Below are positions 25,843 to 37,118 of a stretch of 64,000 nt of DNA, piece after piece. Position 1 is the first letter of the stretch; every line of letters starts with the position of its first letter. Under the pieces are notes generated by a model. That model was not told where the DNA came from. It saw only the letters and a list, made by a program, of their open reading frames with translations, and made no database searches. The DNA is taken from positions 26,164,001 to 26,228,000 of the forward strand of contig JBHGNT010000002.1 in assembly GCA_043228905.1 (NCBI GenBank). Direction: 5' to 3'. Position numbers and translations under genes: made by a program. The stretch is from Azolla caroliniana (taxonomy: Eukaryota; Plantae; Polypodiophyta).

Positions 25843-28800
25843 TTACCCCTCGTCTCCCGGTTCGTCATCCTCCTCGAATCGCCCGTCGTCACCGTCCATG
25901 CTTTCCAGATCCGGCTCGCACTCGTGTCGTTTCTTAAACGCTTTGACCCTCTTCCCCGCTACTGGTATTGCCATCCTCGTACCGTCGAGCTCCGCAAGAT
26001 GGTAGGTCCTGTTGTCGTTGGCGCCTGTCACCACGTAAGGCCCGAACCACCTCCTTGCAAACTTCCACATTGCCCTGTGCTGGTTGTCGAGGCTGCTGTC
26101 ATACACTAGGACCCAGTCGCCTTCCTCGATCTTCTTTGGTCGCAACCGGTGCATCCGGTCGAACCGGGTCTTGTTACGCTCCCTTGCCGCCCGCAACTTT
26201 TCCTTCGCCCGTTTCACATCCTCCGGCCTCCGCTCGAGTTGCCGAATCTGTGCCGCCAGCAACTCCTCCGGGCTCATCTCGTCCTTCCAATCTACCGCCG
26301 CCCATGAAGGAACCGTCTGTTCCATCGACATAATCGGCTTCTGTAGGTACATCTGCTCTGCCGGCATGAACGTTGTCACCGAACTGTGCGTAGTTCGGTC
26401 CGCCCATAGTGCGTAAGGAAGGAGCCGTGGCCAATTCCCGACTTGCCCTCTGCATGCATGCACCAACGCCTTTACGATCGGTCCGTGTCCATGTTCTACC
26501 TTCCCGTTCGCCTCCGGGTTGTACGTCGTAGTGAGGGAGAGTTTACCCCTAGCCGGTCGAACAATTCCTCAGTTTCCTGCGCATCCAGCTCTCCCCGGTC
26601 CGCCACGATCCTCCCGACGCACCCGTACCGACACACCACCTCTTCGATCAGGAACCGGCATACCGCTGCGGTTGTCTTGTTATGCAGTGCACGGCCTTCC
26701 ACCTGGTTCGTTAAGTCTTCCCGCGCAAGCACCAGGTATCACATCTGTCCTACTCCCATCAGCATCGTCACCAAGTCCACCATCCACTTGAAATTGACCG
26801 CAGGCGGGTAAGTCGGGTGTAGCTCGTCCCGATGTCGAACTACGGAGTGCATCTGATAGCTTTCGCAAGTCGTTACGAACCGATGCACGTCTTGGTACAG
26901 CCCCGGCCACCAGTACTTCTCCTTCACCTTCTCGAACGTGGCCCACGTTCCGCGGTGCCCGGCCCAGGGACTCTCGTGAAATGCCGCCAGCAGTTCCTCC
27001 TGTTCTCCTTTCTTTGCCACTACCCGAAGCGGAACGTCGTTTCTCTTCTTCGGGTGCTTCCATATGTACCCGTCCCGAAGGAAGAATCAGTACGCTTTCT
27101 TCCGGATCCGGTTGGTCTCTTCCTATGTCCACGCCGCGTCCGGTGTCATTGTTTTCAGGAGCCCGCCGATTTGGAGCCACTCCCCGTCGTACTTGCTCTC
27201 GTCAAATTCATTAAACGCCGAAGTGCTCCCCTTTCTGGTTGCCACGTATGCCGCCTCGAAGAAATCTACGCCGACTTCCTCGTCCTCCGAAACCATGCTG
27301 TCCTCGTTTCCGAACCTCGCCCTTGAGAGTATGTTGGCCATGGCATTGTCTTTTCCGGAAATATGTCGTATCTCTGGATTCAGGGACTTGATGTACGCTA
27401 TCCACCTGAGCATTGCCAGGTCCGACGTCGCGCATCTGGAAACCATGCCGAGAATCGGCAGGCAGTTCGTCTCGATTATTACCTCTGTCCTGATCAAGTA
27501 GTCTTTATCGACCTTCACCGCTGAAACAATACCCCAGAATTCGCGTTTAACCTAGGCGTATCCTCGTTGTCGCTCACTGAGGACCTTCACGCCGAACCGG
27601 ATGGGGAACCTCATGCCAACGTCATCCTCTTGGTTGATCACCCATTCGATCAGTCTACAGCACTCATGTCTACGGTTACATAAATCGAAGTGTCTTTGCC
27701 GTAGACCGCCTTTCGGAGCGCCGGTGCCGTGGCAAGTGCTTCCTTCATCTTTTGGACTAACTCCGTATGCTCGTCTCCCCACTCAAATTTACGCCCTTTC
27801 TTCAGCAACCCATATAGCGGCTCCGCGACGTGGGCGTAATGCGGGATCCTGATATGGTAGAACGCGCATGCTCCCAAGAATCTCCGAACCTCTGTAACCG
27901 AATTGCAATCATGCTTTATCGCGGAGATGGCTTCCACCTTGGCCGAAGAAAGTTTCCGACCGTATGGTTCGCATAGGTGCCCGACGACCATGATCTCTAA
28001 TTGCCCGAAGGCTGATTTTTCCCCGAAGAAGGTGAGCCTCGCGCCTTCTAGTCTCTGCAACACCTTCTCGTAGTCATCGATGTGAGTCGCCACGAAACTC
28101 CGACATCCGTCCGGTCCGATTGGCTCGTCCCTTTCCTCCACCGGGCATCCCCTAATCGGGATGTCGTCTAAGAATGGCATGGTGATATCCGGGATACAAT
28201 CCCTGAGCACCTTCTTCATCGCGTTCACCATGTGGGCCACTGAGTTCGTCCCTCCTTGTGGTAGGGTGCACATTCGCACTAGGCCGAGAGGAGTCCGCAT
28301 CGTCGTAATGTCTCTGCTCTCCACGACTAGTTGGAACTGATCGTACCCCGAGTACAGATCACCGACAGAGTAAATCGACCTTCCGACGAAGGCCTCCACG
28401 AACTCGTCTATGGTCGGTCCGATTCCTGCGTTACAGATGGTCACCTTGTTGACCGATTGCAGGTCCTGAATGAAGCGCAGCGTGCCGTTCTTCTTCGGCA
28501 CTATAAACCACCGATTCGAATACGGGGCACTCGACGGTTCGAGGATGCCCATCTCCACCTTTTGTTTCAGAAGCTCCATCAACTTCGGGATGTGAGCTCT
28601 TGGCACCGGAATCGGTTTGAGATTCCACGGTACATGCGGCACCGTGAAGATCACCATCGGTTCAACGATCGTCGGGTCCACGCACCCGATCTCCTCCGGT
28701 GAGAACGCGAAGGCCTTCCTATGCCTTTCGAGCATTCTCCGAAACCTGTTCTCCTCCGTCGGCAGTAGAAAGCCACCCCCACCGACCATGAGCTCCCGTA

Positions 28801-29332
28801 CCGTTATGTCGTTGAACCCGTGCCCTATGCCAGCCGGATTGCGTAAACTTGGGTCCGACGTAACCCCGTTTATCCGCTCCTCGCTGCCCTCCGGCAAGGG
28901 TGCCACGACTGGCCTTACCTTCCGGTCCACAGTCTTTGTACTTTCTACTCGCACGGGCCGTCCGATCCGACCTGATCCTTTCCCCGAAGTCCATGATGAC
29001 TTCGTACATTCCCATCGATCCTACCGGAACGGTCCGGTCTTCTCTAAGGTCTTCACCGATCACCTTTCGCAACTCGCCCAAGGTATCGTCAAAAGAGACC
29101 GCCTCCACGGCTCCGCTGATCTCTTCGTCAAGGGAGAGGACTCCACATCTCCTGAGCCGCTCCTCCGCTCGCTTCCTTTCCCAGCCGTTGACGCCGGCCA
29201 TACTACAACCTCCGTTGTCGGAGAACCAAAATTTCCTACCTATGGTACAGGTCTTCTTCCGTACTATACATTTGTGGGGTTTTTCCGGGGTGTCCGGACT
29301 ATCGCGGCCCCACGCCTTCATAGCCCTCTCTA
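25843..29332 (-). pseudogene. pol (RT-RNase H-integrase) of the Trp-primed element, disrupted by stops and frameshifts
   Basis: ORF pieces 28719-29321, 27650-28954 (KKNGTLRFIQD, LPQG, FLDD), 27123-27518, 26739-27020 (HES..GH zinc finger) and 25843-26466 (WFGPY). Confidence 0.9.
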
Positions 29333-31431
29333 AAAATCCCCTCGGGTTTCGCCACCGAGGGTCTCGCGGTTACGCTCATGGTTTGGTCGCACCGTCAGGA
29401 ACTGGACCGAGTGACGCCCATCCTGGCTCTTGACTCTTGCGTAGGCCGAACCGTTGTCCAGCACCTTGGTTTCCATCCGTGCCGCCGTGATGTATGGTTC
29501 TCCTAGTATAACCGGATGTGAGGACGTCTCCTGCACGAAGAAGTGCTGGTCGATCTTGACATCGTCGATCTTCACCCGTACATTCGGGCAGGCTCCATGT
29601 AGTTCTTCCGTGGCTCGCATCGCTGCCCGTATTTTCCAGCCGTGTTTGGTGTTGATCGGCCATTTCCCCTTTTTGTAGAAGTCCATGGACATTAAGTTGA
29701 TTTCTGAACCGTGGTCCACCAACGCCACCACCGACTCCTGGACATCCCCGACCTTAACAAGGGTCTCCGTGGTCGCTCTGGCCCCAGTGCGGCCTCGAAT
29801 AGTGGCTCTCCACCAACTCGTCTTCCAGCGCCATGTCCTCTATGTGCGTTGTTCGCACTTCCACCAGCTTCTCTGGCTCTGGCTCTGTCGACAGCCTCTT
29901 CCTCTTCACCAACTCCTTGGCGATTCCGAGCACTTCCCTCAATGACAGCTCCACTTTAATGTCGAGGATACGTTCCTCTAGGACCTTTCACAGGTCCGTG
30001 GTCCTTTCGATTTGCATACTCAACCGGTACCCGGTCTTCTTGGCTTTATCCGGTGCGTTGGTCGCACCGGCCTCATTCTGCCTTTGACCGAATCGGGTCT
30101 CGTACCGTTGCGAGGGCCCGGCCCCTTCGGTTTTACCTACTCGCTTGTCTTCCACAAGAGCCTCGTAATTTTGGCATGCGGCTTCAACAAAGCCCGTCTT
30201 CTCTTCGACCGGGTCACTCCACCCAGTTACCTCCCGGATCTGTTTCTCTGCGCGGTGCGCTTCTTCTTTCCTTAGCCGTGCGCCGGCGAGGCCTTCCGGC
30301 ATCAGCGGCAAGAATCCGGCTTCGTCCGTCTTTTGGGCCTCACCACCTCCGACCCGGATCCCAGCTGACGCCGAGTAGTGGACGGTCTCCCTGTGGCAAG
30401 CTGCTGCTTCTTCCATCAGCCGTTTCATACCCCCTCATCCGACATTCAGGTCCAGGTCCCTTCGGGTCTCGCTAGCGTGCACCCGACCGTTCCATAGGTA
30501 CACCACGTTGGTTCTCATTGCCTCGGCGAAGTCCCCGCAGTCCTCCGGACCTGGCCGACCACGTTGCACCACAAACACCGGGTTCGAGCCAGAGGCCTTC
30601 GGTCACGAGCCTGTTCGCCGCCGTCCCTTCGTGCTTGTGCAATCTGGAGGTCCTTTACCATCCTAGTCAGCTCCTCTAGAGCTGCTCCTTCGGACGAGCC
30701 TTTGACCATGCTGGTCGAAGTCGATCCGGTCTCGAGCCAGTCTCGGGTCTCTTCCCTTCGCGCTGGCGGGGTTGGCTCGAGCTTCCTTGCTACTACGGAG
30801 CCCACCCCTGTTGATCCTTTATCGACCCACTCTTGCCGTTTGTCGAAACGGCCACAGACTCTCTTCACCACGGCCCAGTCGGCCGTCAGCCCGTCATCAG
30901 TCTACAGCAGGAGTCCCACTTGCTCCCAATCCCTCGCATCCACCAATTTAATGAACAGCAGGACGCAACTGGTGTCTAGTACGGTCCGGTCGAGCGCCGA
31001 AAGACGCGCGAAGCGTTCTTCAAACTCCCGGAGGAGCACCGACGCGTTTCTCCCCTTTTCGGGGGTCTCTACCCATTCCATGAAGTTCCGTTTCAAGAGC
31101 CAAAGCACGTCATCAAGCCCGTATTTTTCGAGGAGTCGACCTTCAAACTCTTCCCAGGTCCAGCTCTCAGCCCGTACCTCGAAAACCTCCGCATGGATGC
31201 CTGGCATCGCCACCCGAGGGAATCCAGTAAATCGCCTTTCTTCCAGAATGTCTCTCATTACCATCTCGGCCCGGTAGGCCTCCAAATAGCTCGTGGCATC
31301 CTTCCCACCGAACCGGCCTATCGCGCCGACGACCGCTTCAATTGCCCTGTCGAGGCGCCTGCGCCTTCGCGCGCACTCACTATCCGATCCACAGCCGAAG
31401 CCATGGCTTCCGCGAGATCCGACCCCCTCAT
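29330..31431 (-). pseudogene. gag-protease ORF1 of the Trp-primed element, disrupted
   Basis: ATG at 31431 just after the PBS, gag fragments, a degenerate knuckle CLWC, and aspartic protease LVDHGSEINLM...VILGEPY ending in TAG at 29330-29332. Confidence 0.8.
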
Positions 31432-31453
31432 CTTTCTATTCCTCTGCCGCCTG

Positions 31454-31471
31454 TTCACGTCGGGTTCACCA
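31454..31471 (-). promoter_or_regulatory. Primer-binding site complementary to the tRNA-Trp 3' end
   Basis: TGGTGAACCCGACGTGAA lies 4 nt after the 5' LTR and matches the plant tRNA-Trp(CCA) 3' end TTCACGTCGGGTTCACCA. Confidence 0.88.
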
Positions 31472-33197
31472 AATATATCGCATTGTTACGCACGTGCGTG
31501 GAGAACGAGGCAGGACCACCGGGGCCTTGGACCGAGAAATAGCTGAGAAGGAGGAGAATGGAAAGGCAATAGACGCACTTGCAAACGCACTGACACGGGA
31601 GCACACAGGAATCACAGTCCAACAACACAGCAAACGAGACGACTTAAAGTCCGAGTATATGATCACGTATGTATATAAATGTATGTATATATCAAGACGC
31701 GTTACAACTAACAGGCCGGCAAGGCGGACACCGACGCCTGCTCACACACCCACATAGAAGAGCGAGATGGAGTCTCTGCCGGAAGCACACGGGCGTTCCG
31801 CGGAGCAGAGTCAGCCTCCCGACAGCCTGTGCAAAAATGGCTATGGAGAGTGGTAGAGAAGAAGGGCTCGGTCCCATTCCGGCAGCACCTCGTCCTCTCT
31901 AACGCGCGATATCTTTTTCCATTCCTCTCCCTCTCTTTTATAGCCCAAGGAGGGAGGCCGTTATCACCCGTTACATCATATTACTTCTCTGTCCTTTCGG
32001 ACAGAGATACAATTTGATTCTCTCCCTATTGAATGCGTGCTACCTAGGATTTCACCTCAACCGACTTGTACCTACCTACTTACTATACAACGAAAAGTGC
32101 GCTCGCGTGCAAGGGCCGGTTTACACATGCTAAACTCGGTTTCCGCCTAGGGACGGTTTTCTTCGCGATAACGCATTTTGGTGAGGTTGTTTGGCTAGTG
32201 AGCATTTATGCTCCAAACCACACTACTTAATGTATTGCATTACAAGGCTCACCACTTTGGATTCTACCTATGGGTTTCCCACTAATACATATGGGTGATT
32301 CTAACAATTGTTAATGCGTCACAATCTAATCAACAACATTCAATCATGAATGACCTTGAGCAAACTAGTAGGATTTCATTAGTTGTTTTAAGTTGGATGT
32401 ATGGACTCAATTTTACTCTCCACCATAGAAAGACAAGGAGTCTGCTAGATAGAATGTATGTGATGCAAGATGATTCCTTTAACATCACTTTGTAAGATAA
32501 TGTTAGGAGATGTGGGGTCATTACTCTACAAAACATTAAGATAATTCATCAAAGGTATGGGTTAACTATTTAAAACAACCTTATCAGAAGATAGATTTTT
32601 GAATGGAATTCTCACAAGTTGGTCAGTTGTTAAAAAGTTTCTAGTTCGGTAAATGCCTTTGACAACGGATGACTTGTTGGGACAAGCTTTGACTTGGAAT
32701 TTTCTCTTATTTGATGCAAGGGGTTTTCTGCTTGGTAGCCGTCCTCAACTGAATTGGGCTTCTTTGGATGCATCAATTGCAGGTAATCTTCTATCCTGAG
32801 GATGCTATGTTATGAATCAACGGTCAACCGTTACAATCTTTGTCAATGCTTTGGGTTCGAAGAGGTGCTATTATGTGCAATGATATGCAAGTGGCATTGG
32901 GACAATTTATGGCCTCATGGTCCCCCTCTAACAATCAGATTTGGTTTGGTTATTTCTCTCCTTTAAAACTTATTTTAGGAGTTAAAGTAAATAACACTAC
33001 GGGTGATGCTATATACTTTGATGTGGATGATGATGGTAGGTCGTGGCATATCTTTTCTGCATCGTGTCAGGAACTCTATTAAGGCAGAGAAGGAATTAGT
33101 ACTAAAAGAAGGATTAGTACTATTGTTGGGGAATAGTACTAAGACAGAGAAGGATTAGTACTATGAGAGGTGTCGAACTTTGAGAGAAGGAATGAGT

Positions 33198-33245
<48 letters not shown>

Positions 33246-33527
33246 TGATGCGAAAGATATATGTATTATATGACGGAAGATATACAACAGTAGTTAGAAG
33301 GCTTAAGACTGGCGTTGAACCGATTTGGTTCGAACTAATGCCTTGCGCCTCCTTTTATAGTGTCTTCAGGAATACTCCTGAAGTTTCTAGAATGTTCCAG
33401 AGAAATCTGGAATATACATCAATTTCCTAATAAAACCTAAATGAAAATAATATCCTTCAAATTACAACTCATAACCTAATGGTAAAGTCTCGACCCGTGT
33501 AACAAAAGGTTATGGGTTCGAGTCTAG

Positions 33528-36500
33528 TTATGACACTATCCCCCCTTTAAAACGACGAGTTTCACGAGTCGTTTTGGATTGAGGACCCGGTTTCTCGGGA
33601 TATCGTCGATGGAAGTCTTCTAGAAGAGCACGAGCATTGGTCACATTCTCGATCGGTTCCCAAGTACGCTCGCTGGGACTATATCCTAGCCAATCGACTA
33701 GATAGTAGAGCTTGTTGCGAACAATCTTGGAATCGAGGATGGCAGCGACCTCATACTCAGGTCCATCTTCGAGCTCGATAGGAGGTGGAGGTTGTATAGT
33801 ACGTCCTGGGATAGTGCTCTCGTGATAGGGTTCGAGGAGAGAACTATGAAACACCGGGTGTATCCGAAGTTGCGGAGGTAGCTCGAGACGAAAAGCGACA
33901 TCATTAATCTTCCCGATAATACGGAAAGGACCTAATCGTCGATAATCCAACTTCTCACATGGGCGAGTAGTCTTGATGTGTCGTCGTAGCAGCCACACCC
34001 GATCTCCAATGTTAAAACTGGATGGAAGTCGATGACGATCTGCGTAGTCCTTGTGTGATTGTTGAGCTTGCTGGAGTTGAGTAGATAAATCCGCTTGTAT
34101 CTTGCGTAACCGCTCCAAACGATCCTCCGCGCAAGGATTTGTGGACACTTCTGGGGTTTCAAGGACACACCACCGGGGATGATATCCCGTATAAGCGTAG
34201 AATGGCGTGACTTTAGTCGATGCGTGGATAGCGTTATTATAGGCAAATTCGGCGAACGGAAGAATATCTGCCCAGTCATTCTGATGATAGTTGAGAAAGC
34301 ACCGCAGATACTGCTCCAGTGTTTGATTTGTTCGTTCGGCTTGACCGTCAGTTTGTGGGTGGTAGCCGGAGGAGAGGTTACAAGTGACCTTCAGCATTTT
34401 AAAAAGGTGCTTCCAGAATTTTGACACAAACTGGGGTCCACGATCGCTGATGATATTATCAGGGAGTCCATGATGCCGACATACTTCCCGCATGACAATT
34501 TCGGCGGTGTCTTCACTAGATATTTCTTTAGTACATGGTAAGAAATGAGCCATCTTCGTATATCGATCCACCACTGTGAGAATCGCATTGAATCCCTTAG
34601 AGACTGGAAGATCTGTAATGAAGTCAAGAGCAATGGATTGCCATGGCTTGCTTGGAATTGGTAATGGTTCTAATAAACCATATGGATGATGTCTTGGCAT
34701 TTTCGCTCTGCAGCATGTATCGCAAGTCCGAACAAAATCTTCGACAAATTGTCGCATACGGGGCCACCAGAATGATCGTTGTACTAAATCTAATGTTTTA
34801 GTACTACCAAAATGTCCTGCTGTATATGTGTCATGGCAGTTTTGTACTACTCGAAGGCGGCAAGAACCATTAGGAACATACAAAAGTTCTTTAAAGAAGA
34901 GTAATCCATCACAGTATTTGAATTGCCGATAATCCGTACCTGGTGATTGTGATTGTGAACATGACGCTCGAGAGGGGTCAATTGGTGCTAGTATAGCTTG
35001 GGCGAAAGCGTCAGTCTTCAAGTCCTCACGTATAGTATTGGTAATGTCGGAATCCACGGGCATGTCAAAGATCTGTGCTGCTTGCAGTCGTGCTGGACCC
35101 AAGATTACTTGCTTCTGGTTATCGAAAGCTGGCTCACCGGGACGTGGTGTTAGATACGAACGCCGTGATAATGCATCTGCCTTCCCTTGGTGCTTCCCCG
35201 GACGATATGTAATTTTGAAGTCGAAGCGTGTGAGGAAATGGGCCCACCGAGCTTGACGTCGATTCAGTACACGAGCATCTTGAAAGTAGGCAAGGTTCTT
35301 GTGGTCACTGAATACAGTGACCTGATGAGGAGATCCCTCCAGGAAATGCCTCCATTGCATAAAAGAATCAACTATTGCTAATAGCTCTTTATCATGAATT
35401 TCGTAGTTGATTTCGGCGGCGTCAAACTTACGGGAGTGGAAAGCCACAGGATGTAGCTTCTCGTCGTTACCCTGTTGTGACAGAATGCTCCCCAATGCGA
35501 AATCCGATGCATCAGCTTCGATAATGAATGGTTTTTCCGGATCCACATGACCTAAAATTGGAGCTGATGTAAACGCCTTCTTAAGACTCTCGAAAGCCAT
35601 GTCCGTCTCTTTAGACCAAATGAATGATTGTCCCTTCCTGGTGAGCTGTGTGAGAGGCAGCACAATTTTTGAGTAATTTTGTATGAACTTCCGGTAGAAA
35701 TTTGCAAAGCCTAGGAAGCATTGCACATCCCGCACCGAACGCGGAGTGTGCCATTCTATCACCGTTTTGACCTTGGCTGGGTCCATAGATATGCCTTCTG
35801 AGGAGATGACATAGCCGAGAAACTCCACTTGGTTGCACCCGAAACTACATTTCTCTAACTTTGCATACAGACCATGTTCTCGAAGTCGTTTTAGTACTAA
35901 TAGTACATGAGAATCATGTTCTTCTTGGGTCTTTGAATAAACCAGTAGATCATCCAAATAGATGATCAAAAAATCATCCAAGAGGTCTCGAAATATATCA
36001 TTCGCCATGTGCTGGAAGACTGCCGGCGCATTAGTGAGTCCGAACGGCATGACCGTATACTCGAAGTGCCCATATCTGGTGCGAAACGCGGTCTTCCATT
36101 CATCTCCTGGTCGGATCCGTACGAGGTTATAGGCTCCTCGTAAGTCGATCTTCGTGAAGAACCTGGCACCGTTGATCCGTTCTAAAAGACTTGAGATAAG
36201 GGGAAGAGCATACCTATTTCTTACTGTGACCTTATTCAAGCCACGGTAATCTACAACGAGTCGAAGCGAGCCATCTTTTTTCTTGACGAAGAAAATGGGT
36301 GCGCCGGCTGGAGATTTCGAATGCCGAATGAAACCGTTCTCCAAATTCTCCTCTATATAGGCTCGAAGGACTTCTAGCTCGGTTGGTGACAAATTGTAGA
36401 TCGGCCCCCATGGCGGCTCTTTTCCCGGTTGTAAGTCGATGGCGCAGTCGTACGGCCGATGATGAGGAAGTGTGTTGGCTTGTACTTTATCGAACACATC

Positions 36501-37118
36501 AGCATACTGACGATACTTCTCGGGAAGTTGAACGGTGGACTCCTCTTTGGTGGTGCTGGAGGGTTGTACTGATATTGCAAAGAGAAACATTTCCTCCTTG
36601 CGCCCTTCCTCACGCAACTGACGTAGCGAAATGGTTGCAACCTTCTGGGTAGATCCTTGGGTTTGTCGCAACCGGATTTCCCTTGTCCTCCAATCTATGT
36701 CTGGGTCATGTAACTCGAACCATGGTAATCCTAAAACTATGGGATGTTCTGGAATACTAATAATATTAAATGATACTACACATGTTAAGTTATCTAGGAC
36801 AATATTAACGGGTTCCGACTCTTCTATGATATTACCAAAAGCAATGGGACGACCATCAATGACTACTACTGAGGCTGGACATGGGAGCTTTCTGAGAGAT
36901 ATCTGATGAGCTCGGGCAAAATTCCTATCCATGAAGCAAGAATTAGCTCCGGAATCTAGAAGGGCTAAGGTATGTACTGGAGGGGTACTTTTAGTACTAA
37001 CTGCTACTTGGACTACGAACACATCACTAACTTGCTTAGAGGGAATGGAACCACTAATGGGCTGCACAGATCTAGGGCTGTCCAACCAAACGGCTCCTAT
37101 TTTGGCTGGACTTAGTCG
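33528..37118 (-). CDS. Pol polyprotein (PR-RT-RNase H-integrase-chromodomain), probably entered by -1 frameshift from gag
   Basis: Motifs LLDSGA, YLDD, ADASD, HDTYTAGH..CDTC, D-D-E core, GPF, and chromodomain EYEVAAILD..YLVDWLGY..TWEP. The stop lies inside the 3' LTR. Confidence 0.95.
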   Translation of the reverse strand, partial: RLSPAKIGAVWLDSPRSVQPISGSIPSKQVSDVFVVQVAVSTKSTPPVHTLALLDSGANSCFMDRNFARAHQISLRKLPCPASVVVIDGRPIAFGNIIEESEPVNIVLDNLTCVVSFNIISIPEHPIVLGLPWFELHDPDIDWRTREIRLRQTQGSTQKVATISLRQLREEGRKEEMFLFAISVQPSSTTKEESTVQLPEKYRQYADVFDKVQANTLPHHRPYDCAIDLQPGKEPPWGPIYNLSPTELEVLRAYIEENLENGFIRHSKSPAGAPIFFVKKKDGSLRLVVDYRGLNKVTVRNRYALPLISSLLERINGARFFTKIDLRGAYNLVRIRPGDEWKTAFRTRYGHFEYTVMPFGLTNAPAVFQHMANDIFRDLLDDFLIIYLDDLLVYSKTQEEHDSHVLLVLKRLREHGLYAKLEKCSFGCNQVEFLGYVISSEGISMDPAKVKTVIEWHTPRSVRDVQCFLGFANFYRKFIQNYSKIVLPLTQLTRKGQSFIWSKETDMAFESLKKAFTSAPILGHVDPEKPFIIEADASDFALGSILSQQGNDEKLHPVAFHSRKFDAAEINYEIHDKELLAIVDSFMQWRHFLEGSPHQVTVFSDHKNLAYFQDARVLNRRQARWAHFLTRFDFKITYRPGKHQGKADALSRRSYLTPRPGEPAFDNQKQVILGPARLQAAQIFDMPVDSDITNTIREDLKTDAFAQAILAPIDPSRASCSQSQSPGTDYRQFKYCDGLLFFKELLYVPNGSCRLRVVQNCHDTYTAGHFGSTKTLDLVQRSFWWPRMRQFVEDFVRTCDTCCRAKMPRHHPYGLLEPLPIPSKPWQSIALDFITDLPVSKGFNAILTVVDRYTKMAHFLPCTKEISSEDTAEIVMREVCRHHGLPDNIISDRGPQFVSKFWKHLFKMLKVTCNLSSGYHPQTDGQAERTNQTLEQYLRCFLNYHQNDWADILPFAEFAYNNAIHASTKVTPFYAYTGYHPRWCVLETPEVSTNPCAEDRLERLRKIQADLSTQLQQAQQSHKDYADRHRLPSSFNIGDRVWLLRRHIKTTRPCEKLDYRRLGPFRIIGKINDVAFRLELPPQLRIHPVFHSSLLEPYHESTIPGRTIQPPPPIELEDGPEYEVAAILDSKIVRNKLYYLVDWLGYSPSERTWEPIENVTNARALLEDFHRRYPEKPGPQSKTTRETRRFKGGIVS

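Larger units (their letters stand above)
25076..32170 (-). mobile_element. Ty3/gypsy LTR retrotransposon, non-chromovirus, tRNA-Trp primed, mutated
   Basis: LTRs at 25076-25767 and 31476-32170 (~28 differences by eye), PBS, and PPT GGTGGGGGCGGA at ~25768-25779. Domain order gag-PR(LVDHGSEIN)-RT(FLDD)-RH-INT(GPY); no chromodomain seen. Confidence 0.95.

Noticed and set aside
25070-32017. Many plus-strand and LTR-internal ORFs in the GC-rich gypsy element
   Set aside because: Antisense shadows of GC-rich coding sequence; the LTR ORFs are not preserved between the two LTRs.
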